A stretch of 64,000 nucleotides of DNA from Candidatus Doudnabacteria bacterium RIFCSPHIGHO2_01_FULL_46_24 (GTDB taxonomy: Bacteria; Patescibacteriota; Doudnabacteria; UBA920; O2-02-FULL-48-8), in assembly GCA_001777575.1 (NCBI GenBank), contig MFEL01000018.1, positions 8,264 through 72,263 of the forward strand, written 5' to 3'. Both the position numbers and the translations under genes were made by a program. Shown piece by piece: positions 40,265 through 49,602 of this stretch; positions within the stretch are counted from its first letter, which is position 1, and every line of letters starts with the position of its first letter. Under the pieces are notes generated by a model. It made no database searches. It was given only the letters and a program-made list of their open reading frames with translations, and was not told where the DNA came from.

Positions 40265-41275
40265 ATGACAGAAAAGAAACAAACAATTCTTTCAGGAATC
40301 AGGGCGACGGGCAAGCTCCATATCGGCAACTATCTGGGGGCGTTGAAGCAGTTTGTAGATCTGCAGAATGGCAAGGGTAACTTGTCCGCCGAAGCTTCAG
40401 CGAAGGCGGACTGCTTCTTTTTTATAGCTGACCTCCACGCTTTGACCACGCCGTTTGAAGCTAAAGAGTTATCCCAAAATACTCTGGAAGTGGCTGCGGA
40501 TTACTTGGCCGCGGGCATTGACCCGAAAAAATCCACATTTTTTTTGCAGAGCCAGGTTTTGGAACACGCCGAGCTCGGATGGATTTTTAACTGCCTAACT
40601 CCATTGGGAGAGCTGAATCGGATGACGCAATTCAAAGAAAAATCAGAAGAACAGAAAGGCCAAATAAGCGGCGGCTTGCTGACGTATCCCACACTCATGG
40701 CCGCGGACATTTTGATATATAAGCCGACTGCCGTGCCAGTGGGTGAAGACCAGACCCAGCACGTGGAACTTGCGCGGGATACGGCCCGCAAGTTCAACAA
40801 CCGTTTTGGGCAAACCTTTCCTGAGCCGAAAACGTATTTGAGAAAACCGCTCCGCGTCATGAGCCTCACTGACCCAACTAAAAAAATGAGCAAGTCAGGA
40901 GACGAAGCTCTGATGCTCGACGATCCTCCTGCGGAAATCCTGCGCAAACTCAAAAAAGCGCCCACAGCCACCGATGCCACCAAAGAATCTCCCGGGGTCA
41001 AAAACCTGTTTTTGCTCCTCGAGCACTTCGGGAGTGAAGAGCAAATTACTGAGTATAGTCATGAACAAAAAAACAATACCATCAAGTACAGCGAACTGAA
41101 GGAAGCACTGGCAAAAGCAATCGCCGAACACTTCGCCGAATTTCGAGATCAGAAGCAGGAGCTGCTGGCCAATCCCAAAACAATCATGGACGCTCTGGAG
41201 CAAGGAGCAACCAAAGCCCGCAAGATTGCCAGCCAAACCCTGGCAGAGGTAAAAGAAAAAGTTGGCCTGTTATAA
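40265..41275 (+). CDS. trpS: tryptophanyl-tRNA synthetase
   Basis: Class I HIGN (GKLHIGNYLG) and KMSKS motifs. Confidence 0.92.
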   Translation: MTEKKQTILSGIRATGKLHIGNYLGALKQFVDLQNGKGNLSAEASAKADCFFFIADLHALTTPFEAKELSQNTLEVAADYLAAGIDPKKSTFFLQSQVLEHAELGWIFNCLTPLGELNRMTQFKEKSEEQKGQISGGLLTYPTLMAADILIYKPTAVPVGEDQTQHVELARDTARKFNNRFGQTFPEPKTYLRKPLRVMSLTDPTKKMSKSGDEALMLDDPPAEILRKLKKAPTATDATKESPGVKNLFLLLEHFGSEEQITEYSHEQKNNTIKYSELKEALAKAIAEHFAEFRDQKQELLANPKTIMDALEQGATKARKIASQTLAEVKEKVGLL

Positions 41276-41303
41276 AAAGTCGTGATAGACTAAAATATTA
41301 TTC

Positions 41304-42701
41304 CTAGGCCGATTCCCATTTGGTGGCCACTTCCGGAAACTTCGCCAGTTTTTGCTTAAAAATTTCCTGGATCTTGTCCAAATCTTCCTGAGTTTTTGCC
41401 TCAAAGCGCAAAACCAAGGCCGGCAAATTGGAAGAAGCGCGCACCAATCCCCAACCGCTCAACAGATACACCCGCGCGCCATTGATATCTATCACCCGAT
41501 GCCCTTCGGCCTTGAATTCTTCCGTGAGTTTTTTCACGATCTCATATTTGGCCTCATCCGGCACGTGCGCGTGCAAAGCCGGGGTAGAAATATAGTAAGG
41601 CGTCTTGGCAACCAATTCCGAGAGGAGTTCACTTTGCTGCGAAATATATTCCAGAAGTTTCAGCCCGGCGAAATTAGCATCGTCAAAACCGTAAAAATCA
41701 TCCACGAAAAAAGTATGCCCGGACTGCTCGCCGCCAAAACTGCCGTCTTCTGTCTTTAATCTTTCTTTGACATACATATAACCGGTCGGGCTCATAATAG
41801 GGACGCCGCCGTGAGCCTTAATATCCTCAGGAAGAGCTTCTGAAACTTTGACGTCAAACACGATTTTGGCTCCGGGTTTTTTGGCTAAAATCAAGCGCGA
41901 TAAAAGAATCAGCCATCGGTCCGGCCAGATAATTTGTCCCTTTTCATCCGTAACACCCAAACGATCGCCGTCTGCGTCAATGCCGATACCGAGGTCGGCT
42001 CCATGCTCAACCACTTGTTTCCCGGTATCTTCCATCATCTCAACATTCGCCGGGTTGGGCACATAATTAGGATAGCTCGAGTCGAGATTGGTATTATGCT
42101 CAATAACCTCACATCCGAATCGGCGGAAAATTTCCGGAGAAAAAATGCTGCTGGTGGCATTGGCGGTATTGAGCAATATTTTCAGCTTCCGGTGCAATTT
42201 GGCGCGAGAAAGCATATCGCTGATATACGCTTCTCTGATATTTTCTTTCCGTAAGCTGCCAGTGCCGCTAGCAAATTCTCCTGATTGCGCTATCTGCAGC
42301 ACTTCTCGGATTTGCGCCCCGTCCAGGGTCTTGGAATAATCAATTCCCAGCTTCAGGCCATTCCAGCCTGCCGGGTTATGGCTGGCAGTGACCATTAGCC
42401 CGCCTTTGACCTGAAAATGGTACGGCGCCCAATAAACCATGGGGGTGAGGCAAGTTCCAATGGCGATGACATCAATGCCGGTTGCCCGCAACGCTTCAAT
42501 GGAGGCTTGATAAAAGTCTTCCGAGCTTTGGCGGTTATCATGCCCGACAATTACTTGGCCGATATTCTTTTTGCGCAAAAAAGTACCGAAAGCTTTGACG
42601 ATTAAGCCGACAGATTCGGCGTTGAGTTCGTCACTAGACTCACGGCCGCGAATATCGTACTCGCGGAACATGTATTGATTTAACTTATTCATGACAAGCA
42701 A
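41304..42701 (-). CDS. phosphomannomutase/phosphoglucomutase family enzyme
   Basis: Active-site TASHNPAGWNG, metal loop GIDADGDR, sugar-binding GEQSGH. Confidence 0.8.
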   Translation of the reverse strand: MLVMNKLNQYMFREYDIRGRESSDELNAESVGLIVKAFGTFLRKKNIGQVIVGHDNRQSSEDFYQASIEALRATGIDVIAIGTCLTPMVYWAPYHFQVKGGLMVTASHNPAGWNGLKLGIDYSKTLDGAQIREVLQIAQSGEFASGTGSLRKENIREAYISDMLSRAKLHRKLKILLNTANATSSIFSPEIFRRFGCEVIEHNTNLDSSYPNYVPNPANVEMMEDTGKQVVEHGADLGIGIDADGDRLGVTDEKGQIIWPDRWLILLSRLILAKKPGAKIVFDVKVSEALPEDIKAHGGVPIMSPTGYMYVKERLKTEDGSFGGEQSGHTFFVDDFYGFDDANFAGLKLLEYISQQSELLSELVAKTPYYISTPALHAHVPDEAKYEIVKKLTEEFKAEGHRVIDINGARVYLLSGWGLVRASSNLPALVLRFEAKTQEDLDKIQEIFKQKLAKFPEVATKWESA

Positions 42702-42728
42702 AAAAAGGCTTAACCTTTTTTTATAAAA

Positions 42729-42875
42729 TTATGGCTGTTCTCGCCAACGTTCTGGTTCGTTAGTTAGATCGCCCGGTTTGGGCTGTTCCCAAGCTGGTGT
42801 AGGGCCCTTTGATTCCCTCTTTTCCTCCCTACGAGGAGGTTCCTGCATTGGAGAACGCCGTTCTTGGTCTGACAT
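42729..42875 (-). CDS. small highly charged hypothetical protein (48 aa), absent from the ORF track
   Basis: GGAGAAAGG 9 nt upstream of ATG at 42875; MSDQERRSPMQEPPRREEKRESKG... Confidence 0.3.
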   Translation of the reverse strand: MSDQERRSPMQEPPRREEKRESKGPTPAWEQPKPGDLTNEPERWREQP

Positions 42876-42989
42876 GATTTTATTCCTTTCTCCGCCACTG
42901 ATATTAATTTTTTGAAGCGGGATCCCGCCTTCGGCGGTGGCAAATAAAGTCTAGCAACGCTAAAATAGTTTGGCAATATGGCTGACCTA

Positions 42990-43018
42990 TTGACAGCCTT
43001 AAATCCATGTGATACACT
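42990..43018 (+). promoter_or_regulatory. promoter TTGACA-17-TACACT for the RHH-RelE operon
   Basis: Read directly. Confidence 0.4.
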
Positions 43019-43047
43019 TTTGGCACACTTAGAATTAACTTAAACTT

Positions 43048-43272
43048 ATGCCCACAGCCAAAACTCGAATCAACGTCAGTTTATCCGATGAATTAAACTC
43101 CGCTTTGAAAAAGTTGGCTTTGCGCGATCAAGTCCCCACCGCCACCAAAGCCGAACGGCTTTTGGAAATTGCTTTGGAAATCGAGGAAGACGAAGTCTGG
43201 GATAGAATCGCCAGGAATCGGCAAGATTCCAAAAGTACCCCTTATCTTACTCATAATCAAGCCTGGAAATGA
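43048..43272 (+). CDS. ribbon-helix-helix antitoxin (RelB/ParD-like)
   Basis: Small acidic protein; 4-bp overlap with downstream RelE/ParE gene. Confidence 0.5.
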   Translation: MPTAKTRINVSLSDELNSALKKLALRDQVPTATKAERLLEIALEIEEDEVWDRIARNRQDSKSTPYLTHNQAWK

Positions 43273-43544
43273 ACTTCGAGATTATTTATCATCCGTTGGT
43301 GGTGGGTGATGATATTCCTAAACTTTCGATTGGGTGGAAAACAAAAATTCAGAAAAAGATTGAAGAACGTTTAACTACTCACCCGGAAACTTACGGCAAG
43401 CCTTTGCGTAGATCGCTGAAAGGATATCGCAAACTGCGCGTCGGAGATTATCGCGTAATTTTTTTATTGGAAAAAAATATTGTCAAAATTCTCGTCATTC
43501 AGCACCGTTCAATCGTGTATGATAGAATTAACAAACGAATATAA
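43269..43544 (+). CDS. RelE/ParE-family toxin
   Basis: KLRVGDYRVIFLLEKNIVKILVIQHRSIVY C-terminal pattern. Confidence 0.65.
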   Translation: MNFEIIYHPLVVGDDIPKLSIGWKTKIQKKIEERLTTHPETYGKPLRRSLKGYRKLRVGDYRVIFLLEKNIVKILVIQHRSIVYDRINKRI

Positions 43545-44632
43545 TGTCATTTTCCATCGGCATTGTGGGTCTCCCCAACGTAGGCAAATCCACATTATTT
43601 AACGCACTCACGAAGCAGCAAGCCGCTGCTTCGAATTTTCCATTTACCACGATTGAGCCCAATGTCGGCGTGATTAATGTTCCAGATGAGAGACTGGCTA
43701 AACTGGCAGTACTTGAAAAATCCGAAAAAATTGTGCCAACCAGCATTGAATTCGTGGACATTGCCGGCTTGGTCAAAGGGGCGGCGGAAGGCGCGGGCTT
43801 AGGCAATAAATTCCTCTCTCATATCCGAGAAGTGGATGCCATTGTCCAGGTTGTGCGATTTTTTGAAAACAGCGACATTATCCATGTGGATGGTTCAGTC
43901 AACCCACAACGCGACATTGACGTCATCAACACGGAGTTGATGCTGGCGGATTTGGCTGCGGTTAGCAAACGGTTGGAAGGATTGCACCGAGATGTGAAAT
44001 CCGGGGACAAAGAGGCAATAGCGTTGAAAGATGCCTTGGAAAAAATCAAACAAGCTCTGGATTCAAGCCGGCCGGCCAAATCCGTGCAATTAACAGACGA
44101 ACCTTTGAGGCTGGTTAAGCAATTACAGCTTTTGACCATGAAGCCGGCGCTTTACGTGGCCAATGCCACGAACCAAGGGCCGAGCCAGGAGGGGCGCCCT
44201 CCCAGCAGAGCGCCAATCTTGGAGGGCGCCCCTCCAATCATAGCTCTCGACGTTAAGCTGGAATCAGAACTGGTGGAACTCAAGGACGAAGAACGGGCGG
44301 AATACATGAAAGAACTGGGCATCCAAGAATCAGGCTTAGACAGATTGGCAGCCGCAGCTTACAAGCTCCTGGATTTAATCACTTTTATCACGGCCGGACC
44401 GAAAGAATCCAAAGCCTGGACCATCAAGCGCGGCACCAAAGCGCCGCAGGCGGCAGGTATCATCCACACTGACTTTGAAAAAGGCTTTATCAAAGCCGAG
44501 GTCATTCAGTGGGACAAGCTTTTGGAAGCCGGCGGCTACGCGCAAGCAAGAGATAAGGGCTGGCTGCGGCTCGAAGGCAAAGAATATGTCATCACTGATG
44601 GCGACGTCTGCCATTTTAGATTTAATTTATAA
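43544..44632 (+). CDS. ychF: ribosome-binding ATPase YchF (Ola1)
   Basis: [22 protein letters not shown]-terminal domain. Confidence 0.92.
   Translation: MSFSIGIVGLPNVGKSTLFNALTKQQAAASNFPFTTIEPNVGVINVPDERLAKLAVLEKSEKIVPTSIEFVDIAGLVKGAAEGAGLGNKFLSHIREVDAIVQVVRFFENSDIIHVDGSVNPQRDIDVINTELMLADLAAVSKRLEGLHRDVKSGDKEAIALKDALEKIKQALDSSRPAKSVQLTDEPLRLVKQLQLLTMKPALYVANATNQGPSQEGRPPSRAPILEGAPPIIALDVKLESELVELKDEERAEYMKELGIQESGLDRLAAAAYKLLDLITFITAGPKESKAWTIKRGTKAPQAAGIIHTDFEKGFIKAEVIQWDKLLEAGGYAQARDKGWLRLEGKEYVITDGDVCHFRFNL
44188..44235. repeat. 48-bp palindromic element in frame in ychF (encodes [16 protein letters not shown]), variant with compensatory arm changes
   Basis: GGAGGGGCGCCCTCC-cagcagagcgccaatctt-GGAGGGCGCCCCTCC; spacer nearly identical to uvrC copy 1. 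Confidence 0.75.
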
Positions 44633-44753
44633 AAAATCGGCTGAAGATCTCCCTCAAATCTTCAGCCGTCGATCGATCGCTACAACCCTTGACCGTCAAG
44701 GCTTATTTTGATATATTTACTGGCCAGTTTCGGCAACAACCTGGGAGGAGGAA

Positions 44754-45857
44754 ATGGCGAACAAATCTCATCTCGAGACCGAGATTGACCGGCTTTTGGT
44801 TGCTCGGCAGACCGTGCGGCAAATCGCCAGCAGTCTGGGCATCCCGCGTCTGGTGGTGGAGGAAAGAAAAAAACAACATGTCGCGCGTATTCGCGCGAGG
44901 CGTAGTCTGGGATGGGCATTCCTGGGGCTGACTGCGATTGTGGTCGCACTGGCTATCGAGGTACCGCATCTCTATCGCAGTTTCGAACAAGATTCAATAA
45001 TCGAAGAGTTAAGAAAAACAGCCTTATCGGTCGAGCAAGACAAGCCGGCCGCCACTTCCACTTGGCTGGTCAGCGAGGAGTTCCAAGGTCCTCAATTGCT
45101 TGCAATCAGGGCCGGCCAGATTGATCAACTTGCAGACGAACTCGACCGCAGCGTGGCGCGTGTAGAAGAGATTCCTGAAATCCAGGCCATGATCGCAAAA
45201 TCAGGAAAAAAATTCCTGGTCAGCATCTTTAGCCCGCCCAACGGGATCATGCATATCGCAAAAGAGTCCGAAGCGTTTGATCCTGCCGGAAAGATCGAGG
45301 TCACATTCTTCGGCCCGGCCGGATTCAACACCCCCATAGTCCAAGGCCTTTACCTGTCTTACCAAAGCGGCTTTGGGTCGGTGTTCGTGGCAGCGCTTCG
45401 TTACCCCGACCCCCGCTGGTTCGACGCGTTTCTCTGGCATGAACTGCTACATCGCCAGAAGCATCTCGACCACGCCGCTTCGGCCACCGCGCCTTTCCTG
45501 TCAGACGTTTGGGCCAGTGAAGAAGTGCAGGGCCATGAATTGGCTCGTAAAATCCTCGACCACCACACCCGACAAGCCTATAGCCGCACACTTGCAGAAA
45601 TCGCCCGGAATAAGTGGGCGTGGAGCCTGAAAAACTTCCTACGGCAATTACGCGCGCGCGACCTCGAATCCCTGGAGGACTTGTTCGTCCCGGGATCTAA
45701 GGATGAGTCTCGCTTCCGCAGCTCGCAATACCTGCTAGATTTGTCCTTCGTCTGGCTGAAACAGCGCCAGCAGGGACAGAAGCTGATCCAAGCCAAGATA
45801 GAGGCCTACCGACTGCTTGCCACCAAACTTGGCAGGATATCCCCCTCGACCAGATAG
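44754..45857 (+). CDS. hypothetical protein with N-terminal HTH-like segment and one TM helix, in a GC-rich segment
   Basis: RQIASSLGIPRLVV then LGWAFLGLTAIVVALAI; about 57% GC. Confidence 0.45.
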   Translation: MANKSHLETEIDRLLVARQTVRQIASSLGIPRLVVEERKKQHVARIRARRSLGWAFLGLTAIVVALAIEVPHLYRSFEQDSIIEELRKTALSVEQDKPAATSTWLVSEEFQGPQLLAIRAGQIDQLADELDRSVARVEEIPEIQAMIAKSGKKFLVSIFSPPNGIMHIAKESEAFDPAGKIEVTFFGPAGFNTPIVQGLYLSYQSGFGSVFVAALRYPDPRWFDAFLWHELLHRQKHLDHAASATAPFLSDVWASEEVQGHELARKILDHHTRQAYSRTLAEIARNKWAWSLKNFLRQLRARDLESLEDLFVPGSKDESRFRSSQYLLDLSFVWLKQRQQGQKLIQAKIEAYRLLATKLGRISPSTR

Positions 45858-46028
45858 GAAGCACTTGACTCCTATCTGTTTTTTTGCTAGGCTATTCAGG
45901 CTAATCCGCCTTCGCCAACCTCCTTCGCTCTTTGAGCTTCGGTGGACAGGTCGGCGGACAAGACAATTTAAGCTTTATATTCGGCCCCTGAAAATACGGC
46001 GGCTGATAACAAAAGGATTATCCTTGTT

Positions 46029-46481
46029 ATGCCAAAATATGAGCTGATGTATATTTTATCTTCAGCCGTTTCCGATAACGACGTGCCAGGCATCGCCTCT
46101 GAACTAGATAAATTCCTCCAGGAACAGGGTGGGGTGATTTTGACCCAGGAAATGCTGGGCAAGAAAAAACTGGCCTACCCGATCAAGAAAACCCGGAACG
46201 GTTTTTATGTTTTGCAAACTTTCAACCTCGACGCCGGCAAGGTCGCCGCTTTCGACGCCAAAATCCGTAGCCTCGATTCCATTATCCGCTATATTATCGT
46301 CAATTTGGAACAACTGGAACAGCGCAGAGCCAAAGACGTCAGAGAACGCGAAAAAATGAAGCCTTTAAGGAAACCAAGGCCGATGGAAACCATACCTCAG
46401 GCTCCGGAGATTAAGTTGACGGAAACCGAATTGGAGAGCAAAATTGAAGCAGCGTTAGGCTCCGAGGATTTGGCAAAGTAA
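46029..46481 (+). CDS. rpsF: 30S ribosomal protein S6 with C-terminal extension
   Basis: MPKYELMYIL...FYVLQTFNLDAGK. Confidence 0.8.
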   Translation: MPKYELMYILSSAVSDNDVPGIASELDKFLQEQGGVILTQEMLGKKKLAYPIKKTRNGFYVLQTFNLDAGKVAAFDAKIRSLDSIIRYIIVNLEQLEQRRAKDVREREKMKPLRKPRPMETIPQAPEIKLTETELESKIEAALGSEDLAK

Positions 46482-46556
46482 TTGTAAGTTGCCAGATTAA
46501 AGTTGAAAGTGCTACAGTAAATTGTAACTTAAATCTTTAATCTTAAATCTAATTTT

Positions 46557-47003
46557 ATGGACCTCAATAAAGCCATGATTATCGGGCGCCTAACCCGCGA
46601 CCCGGAAATAAGAACCACTCCCAGCGGCGCCAAGGTCACCTCATTCGGCGTGGCCACTAATTTCCGCTGGACCGACCAACAGGGGCAAAAAAAGGAACAA
46701 GTGGAATTTCACAACGTCGTGCTATGGCGCGGACTGGCTGACGTGGCCGAGCGGTTTCTAAAAAAAGGTTCGATCGTGTACGTCGAAGGGCGGCTGCAGA
46801 CCAGGTCTTGGGACGGCCAGGACGGCAAAAAAAACTACCGCACGGAAATCATTGCGGAAAAAATGCAGCTCGGACCCAAGACGTCTGGAGGCTCTACGGC
46901 TTCTGGAGGCTCTGCGGCAACCGAACAAGTGTCGGCAGAACAACCAGCGGCGACAGAAGAAATCCCGACTATTCAAATCAGTAACGACGATATTCCATTC
47001 TAA
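46557..47003 (+). CDS. ssb: single-stranded DNA-binding protein
   Basis: OB fold MIIGRLTRDPEIRTT; acidic C-terminal tail DDIPF. Confidence 0.88.
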   Translation: MDLNKAMIIGRLTRDPEIRTTPSGAKVTSFGVATNFRWTDQQGQKKEQVEFHNVVLWRGLADVAERFLKKGSIVYVEGRLQTRSWDGQDGKKNYRTEIIAEKMQLGPKTSGGSTASGGSAATEQVSAEQPAATEEIPTIQISNDDIPF

Positions 47004-47005
47004 AT

Positions 47006-47227
47006 ATGGCTATCCCCCAACAGATCAAAAAAAATTGCATCTTCTGTCAGGAAAAAATTTCCTGCGTTGATTACAAGGACATCCAGTTTCTGCGCCGGTT
47101 CATGAGCCCTCACGCCAAAATTTTGTCCTCGGTTAAAACCGGAAACTGCAACAAGCACCAGCGCGTGGTATCCCAGGCCCTCAAGCGGGCGCGTCATATG
47201 GCACTATTACCTTTTGTTAGCACTTAA
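47006..47227 (+). CDS. rpsR: 30S ribosomal protein S18
   Basis: CIFCQEKISCVDYKDIQFLRRFMSPHAKI. Confidence 0.88.
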   Translation: MAIPQQIKKNCIFCQEKISCVDYKDIQFLRRFMSPHAKILSSVKTGNCNKHQRVVSQALKRARHMALLPFVST

Positions 47228-47347
47228 CAGTTAAGCGTTTAACGGCAGCGCAGCGCGTATCGGTAAGCGTCTTACGTTAAGCGTCAGGAAAACCGCCAGA
47301 CGCTGCCGTAAGACGATACGCGCAGCTCCGACGAATAACGAATTACC

Positions 47348-47914
47348 ATGAGTGTCCTCGACTTCTCCGACCTCAAATCCACCGGCGTCATCATCAAATA
47401 CCAAGACCAGCCTTATCAAATAATCTGGTCTAATTTTATGCGCACGGCGCAAAGAAAGCCGGTGATCCAGACCAAACTGCGCAACCTCATCACCGGCAAG
47501 GTAATGGAGTACTCGTTCAAGTACGGCGAAAAGGTGGAGGGCGCGGACGTGGTTAAAAAAAAGATGCAGTATCTTTACTCTGACGAATCAGGCGGATCTT
47601 TCATGGACCCGGAAAACTTTGAAACCATAGTGCTATCCAAAAGCCTGATTGCCGACCAGTTGGGATACTTGAAAGAAGGCACGGAAACAGTCGTGATTTT
47701 GTTTGAGGACAAGCCGATTGGCCTTGACCTGCCCGTAAAAATCGATCTCAAGGTTGTGGAAGCGGCACCCGGCATCAAAGGCGACACGGCCACTGGCGGA
47801 TCAAAACCGGCCAAACTGGAAACAGGAATCACGGTAAATGTTCCTCTGTTCATCAAAGAAGGCGACAGTATCCGGGTAGACACCCGCGACGGCTCATATG
47901 TCGAACGAGCCTAG
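47348..47914 (+). CDS. efp: elongation factor P
   Basis: KOW/OB architecture; MEYSFKYGEKVEGADV; 188 aa. Confidence 0.92.
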   Translation: MSVLDFSDLKSTGVIIKYQDQPYQIIWSNFMRTAQRKPVIQTKLRNLITGKVMEYSFKYGEKVEGADVVKKKMQYLYSDESGGSFMDPENFETIVLSKSLIADQLGYLKEGTETVVILFEDKPIGLDLPVKIDLKVVEAAPGIKGDTATGGSKPAKLETGITVNVPLFIKEGDSIRVDTRDGSYVERA

Positions 47915-47982
47915 GTTGACACTGAAATTTCTAGGAGCCAAGATTAAATTTCCAAGATTAACTGGCGGCAGAAAGGCATAAT

Positions 47983-48207
47983 ATGGCAAAAGAGGTTACC
48001 AATGAAGATCTGGCCGTGATGATCAAGAACCGCTTTGACGCGGCAGCCGGCGACTTAAGCGATCTAAAGGACGAACTTAAAACCGACATTAGCCGAATAG
48101 AAGCCAAGGTTGACAAGGCTTTACATGTGGAATATGTCAGCCTGGAAGTCCGGGTTAAGAGATTGGAACAAAAAGTCGGCCTGAAGCCATTGAACAATCC
48201 GGCCTAG
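47983..48207 (+). CDS. small coiled-coil hypothetical protein
   Basis: 74 aa; terminator follows. Confidence 0.35.
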   Translation: MAKEVTNEDLAVMIKNRFDAAAGDLSDLKDELKTDISRIEAKVDKALHVEYVSLEVRVKRLEQKVGLKPLNNPA

Positions 48208-48212
48208 AAACC

Positions 48213-48241
48213 AAAACCGCCCTCTCGGGCGGCTTTTTTTA
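48213..48241 (+). terminator. rho-independent terminator
   Basis: AAAACCGCCC-tctc-GGGCGG-cttttttt. Confidence 0.65.
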
Positions 48242-48336
48242 TGGCCTTAGCGTATACTTATTTCTCTAATTGCGGCAACCAGCGTCCTCATAATACCCAA
48301 CATTTTTACTTACTTCGTGCATATTTCTCTGCTTAA

Positions 48337-49602
48337 TTATTGCTTCATTTCGGTTATTGGGCCCAGAGGCAATCGGAGGTCATGCTCGTTGGCTGGGACG
48401 ACTTGAGCAAAGCTGTGGCCCCAGGAGAAGAAAACTTCAGCCGAGGGGAAGGCGTAGCGCAGATCCGCGCCTAGGAAATAAATAGTGCCTTTATCATTAA
48501 CCACGCTGCCTCTCGCGTGGCGCTGCGAACCGGTAAATATGCCGGAGCCCAAGGGAAGATTCTGCGTTTGCCCGAGGATGGCATTTTTTGTCTTATATCC
48601 AAATTCAGCAAACACCGGCATGGAAACAAACGGCCGCTTCTTCCCATATTCTATAACATATATCGTGCCAGAGTCCAAAACCAGAACGCCGTCAAGGTAC
48701 GCCGGGGCAGGCGCGGGGGTTGGTGTCGGCGCGGGCTGAGGCGTTGGAACAGGCACTGGGGTCGGGCTACCGCCTCCTCCGCCAGGCGGACTTGGCGAAG
48801 GAGCCGGGGCAGGTGATGGCGCAGGAACCGGTGTTGGTGTTGGTGAAGGAGTCGGGGTAGGCGCGGGACTTGGTGCCGGAGTTGGACTTGGCGCCGGACT
48901 CGGAGCAGGAACTGGTGTGGGCGCTGGAGCCGGTGTCGGAGAAGGAGAAGGCGCCGGATCTGGTGTAGGAACAGGCGCTGGAGAAGGCGCCGGACTCGGT
49001 GCTGGAGTCGGAGAAGGAGCGGGGACAGGCGCCGGAGAAGGCACGACCGCTGCCGTAACCGAAGCGTTAATAACCTCGGACAAAATATCGCTGCCCGAAA
49101 CCGCGACGTTGGAATCATTGGTTTGGCCCGGCGTAAAATCAAAACTTATCGCCCCGGCGCCTGCCTTGAGAGCCTTAAACCGAATTTCCGCCAACGTCTG
49201 GGTGGATATTCCCGTGCCGGACGCAAACAAGGAGAGCTGGACAAAACCCGCCTGATTATCGAAATGATTGGCAAAAATAGTCAGCAGCGGGTCTGCCTTG
49301 ACCTCTTTTACTTCCAGCAATTCCGGATTGAACCTTAAAGAATAGACATCTACGGCATCAGCCGCGACCGTTGTTTCCAAATTGACGTTAAGCCAGAACT
49401 CGTCATTGACCAAAACTTCCTTGCTTGCCGGACTGACGGCGAGTATGGCCTGCCCCACATCGGCGTTGCCAAAATTAAACGAGGTTTTTTTCGCCCGGTT
49501 CGAAAGATTATTCAGGGCAAAAAATGCGGCAACAAAAAATCCAGCCACCAGCATGACCGCGATTAAATTTTTGTATTTCCAAAGCAGGGGTCTCATCATC
49601 AA
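48337..49602 (-). CDS. membrane-anchored surface protein with PT-rich linker and conserved C-terminal domain
   Basis: N-terminal TM; (PSPAPVPT)n linker; C-terminal ~120 aa shared with the 1517-aa protein. Confidence 0.6.
   Translation of the reverse strand: MMMRPLLWKYKNLIAVMLVAGFFVAAFFALNNLSNRAKKTSFNFGNADVGQAILAVSPASKEVLVNDEFWLNVNLETTVAADAVDVYSLRFNPELLEVKEVKADPLLTIFANHFDNQAGFVQLSLFASGTGISTQTLAEIRFKALKAGAGAISFDFTPGQTNDSNVAVSGSDILSEVINASVTAAVVPSPAPVPAPSPTPAPSPAPSPAPVPTPDPAPSPSPTPAPAPTPVPAPSPAPSPTPAPSPAPTPTPSPTPTPVPAPSPAPAPSPSPPGGGGGSPTPVPVPTPQPAPTPTPAPAPAYLDGVLVLDSGTIYVIEYGKKRPFVSMPVFAEFGYKTKNAILGQTQNLPLGSGIFTGSQRHARGSVVNDKGTIYFLGADLRYAFPSAEVFFSWGHSFAQVVPANEHDLRLPLGPITEMKQ

Noticed and set aside
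42764-42976. Track ORF 42764-42976 (70 aa, minus)
   Set aside because: No SD or motif; a different-frame 48-aa ORF with a strong SD at 42729-42875 is the more plausible gene in this gap, though still uncertain.
44639-44668. Hairpin GCTGAAGAT-ctccctcaa-ATCTTCAGC after ychF as a terminator
   Set aside because: No U-tract on the plus strand. An A6 run precedes the hairpin (which would make it a minus-strand terminator), but there is no minus-strand gene for it to serve. Left uncalled.
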